DNA of 64,000 bases from a virus. Positions 36,046 to 43,943 of the stretch are shown here, piece after piece (position 1 is the first letter of the stretch; the number at the start of each line of letters is the position of its first letter). A program made the position numbers and the translations under genes. Under the pieces are notes generated by a model. The model was given only the letters and a program-made list of their open reading frames with translations. It was not told the DNA's origin and searched no databases. The stretch lies in IMG/VR virus record IMGVR_UViG_3300035704_000393, positions 9,677 through 73,676 of that record; one strand, given 5' to 3'.

Positions 36046-36987
36046 ATGCCCCACATTTATCCTCCGGCTGCGCCGACTCTTTCCGGCGACATTCTCACCA
36101 TCAGCCGTTTCCTGAACAGCCCCGCGCTGGTTCAGAGGCGGCTTCGGACAATCGCCGAGGCGCGATTCATCGCGGACAGCATTTTGTCCGGCAGGTACGA
36201 GACGAGTGGGGGCGCTTTGCTTTATGAGCAGACCGAATCCATTTACACCAGTAAGCCGCCCGAGGCGGTAAATGCGGGTGCAGAATACCCGCGTTCGCCG
36301 GCGGCTCCCGGTCCCGCGGCATTGGCGGGAATTACAAAATGGGGCCAGGATGTGCCCATTACCGATGAGCATGTTCACCGGTACGGGAGAAGGGCAGTGG
36401 ATGTCGCGCTGCTCAAGATCGTGAACTTCCTCGTCAAGCAGGTCGACACCACCGCCCTGGTGGCCATCGGCGCGGCCATCCCCGTCGGCAACCAGATCGC
36501 CGCCACGGCCGGATGGGACACCCCCGCGTCGTCCAACATTCTGTTTGACCTGATGAGGGCCAAGGCGCAGATCGAGCAGTTCGACCAGGGATACACCGCG
36601 GACACGGTGATCACCACCGACCTCGGCGTCGCCCGGATCGTCGCCGACCGGAACATCATCGCCGGACTGGCCCGCGAGGGCGCGACCACGGTCACCTCAT
36701 CGGGTGAGCTGCGGGAAATCGGCGGCCTGCGGATCATGGCCACCAATAATATCCCCGCCCTGTCCAGCTATAAGGCGTTCGTGGTCGACTCCACCATGCT
36801 CGGCGGCCTCGCATACGAAAGGCTGGAAAGCCCGGAATACGCCGGCGATCCTGCCAACGGCGTGGAGTCCTGGACCCGCCGCGACCCGTCCGCAAATGAC
36901 CAGTGGCTGGTCCGCGGAAGGCGCCCTGTCGTGCCGATCATTCAGGAGCCGAACGCGGCCGTCGCCATTACCGGCACCACCGGCTGA
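36046..36987 (+). CDS. Major capsid protein
   Basis: 313 aa; YPPAAPTLSGDILTISRFLNSP, GAEYP, KWGQDVPITDE, PIIQEPNAAVAITG; position in the head module. Confidence 0.9.
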   Translation: MPHIYPPAAPTLSGDILTISRFLNSPALVQRRLRTIAEARFIADSILSGRYETSGGALLYEQTESIYTSKPPEAVNAGAEYPRSPAAPGPAALAGITKWGQDVPITDEHVHRYGRRAVDVALLKIVNFLVKQVDTTALVAIGAAIPVGNQIAATAGWDTPASSNILFDLMRAKAQIEQFDQGYTADTVITTDLGVARIVADRNIIAGLAREGATTVTSSGELREIGGLRIMATNNIPALSSYKAFVVDSTMLGGLAYERLESPEYAGDPANGVESWTRRDPSANDQWLVRGRRPVVPIIQEPNAAVAITGTTG

Positions 36988-37058
36988 ACCACCCGGGAAA
37001 GCCACCCGGATAAGTCCCCGAAAAGGAATCTAATTCCCGCAGGAAAGGTATATCAGCC

Positions 37059-37796
37059 ATGCCAGCAATGGATCAGGTGGCCTGGGCGAACGCCAATGTC
37101 ACCGTCGGCGGCGACACCACGCCGTACGCCCGCGGCGCGCTGCTGCCCGAGCCGACCAGCCCCGAGGAAGCCGCCGAGCGGTCTACGCTACGGCTGATCG
37201 GCGCGATCCGCAGCGTCGAGGTCGTCTACACGGCGGAGGAACTCGCCGAGCAGGCCCGGGCGCGCGGCCAGGCATCCGCGGCCCGCGAAGCCGCCCTGGA
37301 CGTCGACCCGGCGGCCCCGCTGGGCCAGCAGGTCGCCGGCTCGGCCCAGTCCGGGCCGCCCACCCTGGTCGAGCCGTCCGGGTCGCCCGTCGTCATCGGC
37401 GACGAGGACCTGCGCTCCGAGCACCAGCGGCAGCAGCGCGACGCCCAGCAGCGGGCCGACCAGGCCCAGGGCAAGCCGCCGGCCACGAACGCGACCAAGC
37501 AAGCCTGGGTCGACCACGCCGTCAGGCAGGGCGCCGACCGCGACGAGGCCGAGGGCCTGACCCGCGACCAGCTCCGCGAGCGGTACCGGGCACCGGACGA
37601 GACCGACACCGGGCCGCCCACCGCGATGGACCAGGCGGGCGCCGCCCAGTTCGCCGACAAGCAGGCCCGGGAGCAGGGCAGCCAGGCCCAGGCAGCCCAG
37701 CAGCAGGGCCAGGCCGCCGAGAAGCAGGGGCAGGCGGGCCAGCAGCAGGGTCAGGGAAGCCGGCCGTCCGGGGCGAAGCCCGGCGCCTCGGGCTGA
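37059..37796 (+). CDS. Capsid-adjacent protein with HeH/Rho-N-like motif and Gln-rich tail
   Basis: PATNATKQAWVDHAVRQG...AEGLTRDQLRERY. Confidence 0.6.
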   Translation: MPAMDQVAWANANVTVGGDTTPYARGALLPEPTSPEEAAERSTLRLIGAIRSVEVVYTAEELAEQARARGQASAAREAALDVDPAAPLGQQVAGSAQSGPPTLVEPSGSPVVIGDEDLRSEHQRQQRDAQQRADQAQGKPPATNATKQAWVDHAVRQGADRDEAEGLTRDQLRERYRAPDETDTGPPTAMDQAGAAQFADKQAREQGSQAQAAQQQGQAAEKQGQAGQQQGQGSRPSGAKPGASG

Positions 37797-37799
37797 CCA

Positions 37800-38306
37800 G
37801 TGGCCGAGTCATGGCAGCCCGCGCTCGATGACGTGGGCCGGCTGATCCCCACCAGGACCCGTGACGCGGCAGACCCGGGCTCGGACGAGATGCTCGGCAC
37901 GTTCACCACCACCACCACGCCGTCCGCCGACCAGGCCCAGGCCATGATCGACGCCGCAGTGCGCGACGTGGTGTCCCAGACCGGGCCGATCGACGCCTAC
38001 CACGACGTCGAGCTGACCGATGCCGCGCGGAACGCCGCCGCCTGGCGGGCCGCCGCCGACATCGAGCTGAGCTACCCCAACAGGGACGCCGACGTGCAGG
38101 TGTACGAGGCGCTCGACGCCCGGGCCAAGTACGAGATGACCGTCGTGCTGCGCCGCCTCCAGATCCAGGGCGAGGGCGCCCCGGAGGCGGTGCCGTTCTG
38201 GTCCGCGCCCGACCCGCCGCCGTATGCCGACGCCGACCCGGGCGACTACACCCGCCCGCTCGGCGTGTGGTACTGGGGCGGCGTCGACCCCGGCCCGATC
38301 CTGTGA
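37800..38306 (+). CDS. Head-to-tail adaptor
   Basis: WQPALDDVGRLIPTRT...GTFTTTTTPSADQAQAMI; position. Confidence 0.7.
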   Translation: MAESWQPALDDVGRLIPTRTRDAADPGSDEMLGTFTTTTTPSADQAQAMIDAAVRDVVSQTGPIDAYHDVELTDAARNAAAWRAAADIELSYPNRDADVQVYEALDARAKYEMTVVLRRLQIQGEGAPEAVPFWSAPDPPPYADADPGDYTRPLGVWYWGGVDPGPIL

Positions 38307-38626
38307 CCGTCGCGCTGCTGGTCGCCGCGTACTACTGCCGGCGGTGCGACGTGGCCGGCCGGACCGCTGAGACCCAGCCCGGCCGGGCGGAGTGCTGGTG
38401 CTGCGGCCAGCCCGCGACCATCACCGCCCGCGTCACCCCTACCGCGAACGCGTGGCCTGCGGTGATGCCAGGGGTCTTATACAAACGCGACCAGAAACGA
38501 GGCACCCGATGGCGCGAGTCCAGGTGTACTGGGACGACGCCGCGATCAAGCTCGCCACCGCCCAGCCCGGCGGCCCCGTCGACCGGGCCATGTCCCGGCT
38601 GGCCGACGAGGCGATGGCCGTCATGA
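38303..38626 (+). CDS. Small Zn-ribbon protein (3' end overlaps the next gene)
   Basis: GTGA-coupled; CRRCD...CWCCG. Confidence 0.35.
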   Translation: MTVALLVAAYYCRRCDVAGRTAETQPGRAECWCCGQPATITARVTPTANAWPAVMPGVLYKRDQKRGTRWRESRCTGTTPRSSSPPPSPAAPSTGPCPGWPTRRWPS

Positions 38627-38979
38627 AGCAGCTCGCCCCCGTCTACGCCGGCCCCGAACGCGGACCCCGGCCCGGCCACCCGCGGCAGCGAGCCCGCCGC
38701 TCCGGCACCCTCCGCGCCTCGATCCGCAAATTCAGGCAGCAGGACGGCTCCTACCTGATCGGCCCCACCGACCAGGTGGCCCCCGGCACGTTCCTGGGCG
38801 CCCTGATCGAGCACGGCACCCCGCCGCACTACATCCGGTCGACCGGCCGGTGGCCCCTGTACAACGCCGCGACCGGCCGGGCGTTCGGCCGCCTGGTCCG
38901 CCACCCCGGCACCCGCCCGCACCCCTTCATCAAGCCCGCGGCCCGCTCCCTGAACGGCCGCACCATCCACATCAGCTGA
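38509..38979 (+). CDS. Neck/tail-completion protein (HK97 gp10-like)
   Basis: SGTLRASI...IEHGTPPHYI...VRHPGTRPHPFIKPA. Confidence 0.8.
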   Translation: MARVQVYWDDAAIKLATAQPGGPVDRAMSRLADEAMAVMKQLAPVYAGPERGPRPGHPRQRARRSGTLRASIRKFRQQDGSYLIGPTDQVAPGTFLGALIEHGTPPHYIRSTGRWPLYNAATGRAFGRLVRHPGTRPHPFIKPAARSLNGRTIHIS

Positions 38980-39043
38980 CCAGCCCCCTGCCCCCTCCCG
39001 CCCAGCACCGTCATGCTCACCGCGCACCCCTGGAGGCCCGGCC

Positions 39044-40894
39044 ATGCCCGCAGCCAACCCCGACATGACCCGCCGCAACCTGCTCCGCCTCGGCCTCGGC
39101 GCCGCCGGCACCGTCGTCCTGCTCCGCGGCGGCGGACGCGCCCTCGCCGGACCCGCCTCGGCCGCCGTCGGCGCCACCCCCGTCCCCGGCCAGGACGGCG
39201 ACCTGGCCATGTTCGGCCGCATGTTCCCCAAGCTCAAGCCCTTCACCCCGGACACCAGCCTGCCCGCCGCCCTGTCCGACCTGGCCGCCCTGTCCGACGC
39301 CATGCTCCAGCCCGGCGGCCGGTTCGACACCACCCACGGCGCCGCCTACACCTACCTCGGCCAGTTCATCGACCACGACATCACCCTCGACCTCCAGCCC
39401 CAGCCGTCCGCGTTCTTCTCCTTCGCCCAGCCCAACGCCCGGTCCCCGCTGCTCGACCCCGGCGGCAACGTCGTGTTCGACTTCGAGTCCAAGAAGCTGA
39501 ACCTCTCGCAGATATACGGCGGCGGGCCGGGGATCTCCCCGCAGCTGTACGCCGCCGACGGGCTCCACTTCCTGATCCCGAAGAACGTCAACGGCGTGGT
39601 CGACCTGCCCCGCCGCGCCGACGGCAGCGCCATCCTCGTGGAAACGCGGAACGACGAGAACCAGATCCTGAGCCAGCTTCACGTGGCCATGCTCAGCTTC
39701 CACAACAACCTGGTCGACGCGCTCGGCATCCGCAACTTCACCCGGGCGATGAACACGGTGATCAAGTACTACCAGTGGGTCATCCTGCACGACTTCCTGC
39801 CGCTGTTCTGCGGCCAGGCCACCGTCGACGCGCTGCTGGCAGGGAAGGGCAAGGTCTACGACCCCGGCGCCGAGGTGCGCAAGCCGATCATGCCGGTCGA
39901 GTTCTCCACCGCCGCCTACCGGTTCGGTCACTCGATCATCAGGAACGCCTACTCGATGAACCCGGTCATCTCGCCGAACAACCGCAACGCCCGCAACACC
40001 CTGTTCGCCGGCGTCGGCGGCGCCACCGGCCCGGCCGGCGGGACCGGCACCGCGCTGACTCCCGTCGGGGACCTGCACGGCGGCTACCCCTTGACGCTCG
40101 ACCACCAGATCGACTGGCGGAACTTCCACGAGGACCTGTTCGACCCGGCCGTGCCCGGCGCGTCCCTCCAGGTCCTCAAGCAGCCCGGCGCCGACGGGCT
40201 CGGCATGATCGGCCAGTCCATGTTCGGCCAGCCCCCCGGCGCCCCCGCCGTCGGCAACGGCGCCGGCATGCCGATCGGCGGCCCCGCCGGGGTCCAGCCG
40301 GCCGGCTCCAACTCCGTCCAGTACCGGGACTTCGTGCGCGGCCACTTCTACCTGCTGCCCTCCGGGCAGGACGTCGCCGCCGCCTACGGCCTGACCCCCA
40401 TCCCGCCCGGCACCGCGATCCCCGCCTCGATCCCCGGCTTCGGCCAGGGCACCCCGCTGTTCTTCTACGTCCTCTACGAGGCATTCGTGCAGAACCAGGG
40501 CTCGCCCTCGGCCGACAACTTCGACAACACCGGGACGAACGCCGACTTCACCAACGTGCTGCTGGGTCCGGTCGGCGCCCGGATCGTCGCGGACGTGCTG
40601 CTGCGGCTGATGAAGATCAACGCCAACGGCGTGTTCTCCGGCGGGTTCTCACCGGCCCCGCCGATCGCCCCGGCCCCCGGCCAGTTCGGCCTCGCCGACC
40701 TGCTCCGGTTCGCCGGCGTGGTCCCGTCCGGCGCCAGCCCGGCGCCCGCGCTCGGCCAGAACGCCGGCCCGCAGCCCAGCACCGCCAGCCCGAGCCCCAG
40801 CGCGACCAGCCCCGGCCCGGCCGCCACGACCCCGAGCCCGTCCCCCAGCCCGAGCGTGACCGGGACGCCGAGCCCGTCACCGACCGGCACCTGA
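39044..40894 (+). CDS. Tat-exported heme peroxidase (peroxidase-cyclooxygenase / An_peroxidase family)
   Basis: Tat signal TRRNLLRLGLG; YTYLGQFIDHD, RNDEN, PVEFSTAAYRFGHS, LPSGQ, TPLFFYVLYEA, LGPVGARIVA; Pro/Ser/Thr tail. Confidence 0.9.
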   Translation: MPAANPDMTRRNLLRLGLGAAGTVVLLRGGGRALAGPASAAVGATPVPGQDGDLAMFGRMFPKLKPFTPDTSLPAALSDLAALSDAMLQPGGRFDTTHGAAYTYLGQFIDHDITLDLQPQPSAFFSFAQPNARSPLLDPGGNVVFDFESKKLNLSQIYGGGPGISPQLYAADGLHFLIPKNVNGVVDLPRRADGSAILVETRNDENQILSQLHVAMLSFHNNLVDALGIRNFTRAMNTVIKYYQWVILHDFLPLFCGQATVDALLAGKGKVYDPGAEVRKPIMPVEFSTAAYRFGHSIIRNAYSMNPVISPNNRNARNTLFAGVGGATGPAGGTGTALTPVGDLHGGYPLTLDHQIDWRNFHEDLFDPAVPGASLQVLKQPGADGLGMIGQSMFGQPPGAPAVGNGAGMPIGGPAGVQPAGSNSVQYRDFVRGHFYLLPSGQDVAAAYGLTPIPPGTAIPASIPGFGQGTPLFFYVLYEAFVQNQGSPSADNFDNTGTNADFTNVLLGPVGARIVADVLLRLMKINANGVFSGGFSPAPPIAPAPGQFGLADLLRFAGVVPSGASPAPALGQNAGPQPSTASPSPSATSPGPAATTPSPSPSPSVTGTPSPSPTGT

Positions 40895-40913
40895 CCCGGA
40901 AGGTGGTGCGGCC

Positions 40914-41351
40914 GTGGCCGTCTCCGCGTCGACCGCGATCCGCGACTGGATCAACGCCCGGCCCGGCCTGACCGGTAAAGGGAACCCGCTGGCCCGCGGT
41001 GCCTACCTCGACGGCGAGGCCATCCGGTCTCCCGCCCACGGCGCCTACGCCCTGATCGTCCGGGACCCCGGCGTCAGCGCCACGGCCACCGCCGAGGACT
41101 ACGCCGTGTCCCTGGCCCGGATCACCGCGCACGTCAAGGCCGGCACCATCCAGTCCGCCGAAACCGCCGCGGGTGCCCTGTGCGACGCCTTCCAGGCGCT
41201 CACCGGCTGCCCCGAGCCGTGCGGCGACACCGGCGTCATGGTCCTGGTCGCCGACAACTTCGCCGAGCCCGGCTACGTCCCGATGCCCGGCACCGGCGGC
41301 GAGCAGCACGAGTTCACCTGCGGAGCAACCTTCATGCTCACCGCCCGATAA
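40914..41351 (+). CDS. Tail terminator-like protein
   Basis: 145 aa; size, beta-rich pattern and position before the tail tube. Confidence 0.55.
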   Translation: MAVSASTAIRDWINARPGLTGKGNPLARGAYLDGEAIRSPAHGAYALIVRDPGVSATATAEDYAVSLARITAHVKAGTIQSAETAAGALCDAFQALTGCPEPCGDTGVMVLVADNFAEPGYVPMPGTGGEQHEFTCGATFMLTAR

Positions 41352-41387
41352 GCCGCGCGCCCAACCATCCAGGGAGGCCCACCGCCT

Positions 41388-41723
41388 ATGGCTGCACGCA
41401 CCCCGGACGTGGTGACCCGGGCCGGGGCCACGCCCACCGTCATCAGTCCCCCGACGAACGGGGACACGTTCCCGGCCGGCCCGAGCACCTATCTCCGGCT
41501 CACCACCACCGGCACCGTCGTCACGGTGACCATCACGCCACCCGCCGCCGGCGGCCCGCTGGGCCTGAGCGTCTCCGCGTACACGTTCACGATGCCCGCC
41601 ACCGGGACCAGGGAGATCGGGCCGTTCCCCGCCTACCCATTCGCCGACCAGAACGGAAACGTCACCATGACCTTCTCGGTCACCACCGGGCTGTCCCTCG
41701 AAGTCAAGAACTACGCGGGGTGA
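41388..41723 (+). CDS. Small virion structural protein
   Basis: GGGAGG RBS; NGDTFP...TMPATGTREIGPFP...F.DQNG. Confidence 0.6.
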   Translation: MAARTPDVVTRAGATPTVISPPTNGDTFPAGPSTYLRLTTTGTVVTVTITPPAAGGPLGLSVSAYTFTMPATGTREIGPFPAYPFADQNGNVTMTFSVTTGLSLEVKNYAG

Positions 41724-42160
41724 CCGTGATGGCACAGTCACGCCAGGCCCAGGGCAAGGCCAACCCGGACGCCCCCGACGTCGACGCCGAGCAGGCCGAA
41801 GCCGGCCCGCCCGCCGACCATGCCGCTGACCCCGAACCCGAACCCGCCGCCGCGCCCGAGCCCGGCGGCGACACGACCGCAGGGCCGGTCACCGCGCAGG
41901 GCGGCCAGGTGCGCGGCGGGCGCCTCGCCGACCTCGCCCAGCCGTCCGCGATGCCCGAGGGCGTGCCCTACGCGATCGCCCGCGAGCCGCTGTTCATCGT
42001 CAACCCCGAGGCCGCGGCGGCCCCGGTGCGGGCCTTCAACGCCGGCGACCGGGTGCCCGCCGAACTGGTCGAGAAGTTCGGCTGGCATTCGCTGACCGAC
42101 CTACCCGAGTGGGCAACCGCGCCGCCCGCTCCCGCACCTGACAGCGAGGGAGCAGAATAA
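41720..42160 (+). CDS. Hypothetical protein (acidic N-terminus; RAFNAGDRVP...VEKFGW)
   Basis: GTGA-coupled (or ATG 41729); 3' part of ORF 41180..42160. Confidence 0.55.
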   Translation: MTVMAQSRQAQGKANPDAPDVDAEQAEAGPPADHAADPEPEPAAAPEPGGDTTAGPVTAQGGQVRGGRLADLAQPSAMPEGVPYAIAREPLFIVNPEAAAAPVRAFNAGDRVPAELVEKFGWHSLTDLPEWATAPPAPAPDSEGAE

Positions 42161-42163
42161 CCA

Positions 42164-42721
42164 ATGGCACGCGGTAATGCGTCAGCTCTCGGCCTCGGCC
42201 CGGGCTATTTGTATTTCGCACCCCTGGGCACATCCGAGCCCGTCGACCTGACAACCCCGTGGGCGACAGTTTCCGCTTCCTGGGTTGCGGTCGGATATAC
42301 GGAAGACGGCTCGGAGCTGTCCTACAACCCGTCCACTTCGCCGGTGGACGTGGCCGAGGAACTGGACCACCTCCAGGTCGTGACCACCGGCCGGGACTCG
42401 TCCGTGCAGTTCTCCATGTCGCAGATCACCAACACGAACATGAAGCTCGCATTCAATGGCGGGGTGATCACGGCGGGCACCGGAATTGTCACATTCGAGC
42501 CGCCGGACCTGGGCACGGAAGTGCGGACAATGCTCGGCTTTGAAAGCGAGGACCACACCGAGAGGTGGGTTTACCGGCAGGCATACCAGACCGGGACAAT
42601 TACCCTTGCCAGGCGCAAGGGCGCGACGAATGCGACGATCGCCGCGCAATTCTCCCTGGAAAAGCCGGCGACCGGCTCGCGGCTATTCAAGGCGATATTC
42701 CAGACGCCGCTGAGGACCTGA
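42164..42721 (+). CDS. Major tail (tube) protein
   Basis: GPGYLYFAPLGT...W..VGYTEDGSELSY...VDVAEELD. Confidence 0.9.
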   Translation: MARGNASALGLGPGYLYFAPLGTSEPVDLTTPWATVSASWVAVGYTEDGSELSYNPSTSPVDVAEELDHLQVVTTGRDSSVQFSMSQITNTNMKLAFNGGVITAGTGIVTFEPPDLGTEVRTMLGFESEDHTERWVYRQAYQTGTITLARRKGATNATIAAQFSLEKPATGSRLFKAIFQTPLRT

Positions 42722-42746
42722 CCTGGCCGCTCCGCCGTGACCTGCC

Positions 42747-42890
42747 GTGCCTGCCGTCTACTTCTGCTGGGTCTGCGGCCAGCTCTGGGACCGGTCCCTG
42801 GGCGCCATGCCGCACTACGAGACCGGCCGGCCCGTGCACTTCTGCTCCCGCGCGCACCGCGACGAGTACGAGTGGCTCGCCAGCCAGTAA
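42747..42890 (+). CDS. 47-aa TRASH/YHS-like metal-binding protein, not in ORF track
   Basis: VPAVYFCWVCGQLWDRSLGAMPHYETGRPVHFCSRAHRDEYEWLASQ*; high GC3; fills the gap. Confidence 0.55.
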   Translation: MPAVYFCWVCGQLWDRSLGAMPHYETGRPVHFCSRAHRDEYEWLASQ

Positions 42891-42924
42891 CCCCCCGAAA
42901 CCAGGAAAGAGGCATACCCGCGCC

Positions 42925-43644
42925 ATGCCCAAGAGCTACACCAGCAACGCCGCTCCCGACGGTGACCCGGCCCTCATCTCCACCGAGGGCGTCAGCTTCG
43001 ACCTGGACGGCGTGACCTTCACCCTGCACGGCGAGATGGACGAGAACGACCTGGTGGACCTGGCCGTGCCGCTGATGGACGCCCAGGAGGGGTTCCTCGA
43101 CCCGGAGGCCCTCGCCGCGGTCGGCAGATTCTACAAGCTGATCATGGGCGACGAGACGTACCGGGCGTTCCAGGCCCACCGGCGCCGCCACCGCACCCCG
43201 CCGCCGGTCATCGCCGAGATCATGATGGACCTGCTCCAGGAGATCACCGCCCGCCCCCCGGTCAGGTCCTCGCCCTCGTCGGCTGGGCCGGCGAGAACCG
43301 GGGACTCGTCGCCGGCCGGCTCACCCTCGCCCGTCTTGCCGGCTACCAGGCCGCTGATGGGCGCCCAGGAGATCATGGCGGAGCTGGCCGCACAGCAGCC
43401 CCCGGTGCGGGCAGCGAGGTCCCCGGCCGGGCCGGCGCTGGACCCGGAGGGCATCATCCCGCCGGACTGGGCGGACGACGTGGACGTGGTGCTGGCACCG
43501 CCGCCCGCCCAGGTCCCGGCGGCGATGGTACGGCCCGACGCCGCAGCGGGGACGCACCGGACGATCAACCTTGGCCGGCCCGGCCCGCCGGCGGTCCGCC
43601 CGCTGACCCCGGACGAGCAGGCCCGGCTGGCCGCGGCCAGCTGA
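42925..43644 (+). CDS. Tail assembly chaperone
   Basis: Between tail tube and TMP; VSFDLDGVTF...RPPVRSSPSSAG. Confidence 0.7.
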   Translation: MPKSYTSNAAPDGDPALISTEGVSFDLDGVTFTLHGEMDENDLVDLAVPLMDAQEGFLDPEALAAVGRFYKLIMGDETYRAFQAHRRRHRTPPPVIAEIMMDLLQEITARPPVRSSPSSAGPARTGDSSPAGSPSPVLPATRPLMGAQEIMAELAAQQPPVRAARSPAGPALDPEGIIPPDWADDVDVVLAPPPAQVPAAMVRPDAAAGTHRTINLGRPGPPAVRPLTPDEQARLAAAS

Positions 43645-43940
43645 GCGCCCGCGCCTGGCTCGACTGCGTGTACTGCATCTGGCTGGACGAGACCCGGGCA
43701 CGCGCCGCCCTCCAGCTCGCCCACGCCACGTGGGCGCAAGCCGCGTCCGCGGCCGGCGCTAAGTCTCACGAGATCGGCGACTGGGACGACCCGGCCGACG
43801 TCCTGGACGACATCGAGGACACCGCCGGGACCGGCCGCGCAGCCGACCCGGCCGCCCGCGCCGAGCAGATCCGCGCGTTCCTGGCCACCGCCGGCCAGGC
43901 CGCTGACGCCACCATGACCGCACCCCGGAGGGAGGGCTAA
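43641..43940 (+). CDS. Tail assembly chaperone, second part (start uncertain)
   Basis: The frame is open upstream of GTG 43668 (LSARAWLDCVYCIWL); lies directly before the TMP. Confidence 0.55.
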   Translation: MSARAWLDCVYCIWLDETRARAALQLAHATWAQAASAAGAKSHEIGDWDDPADVLDDIEDTAGTGRAADPAARAEQIRAFLATAGQAADATMTAPRREG

Positions 43941-43943
43941 CGC

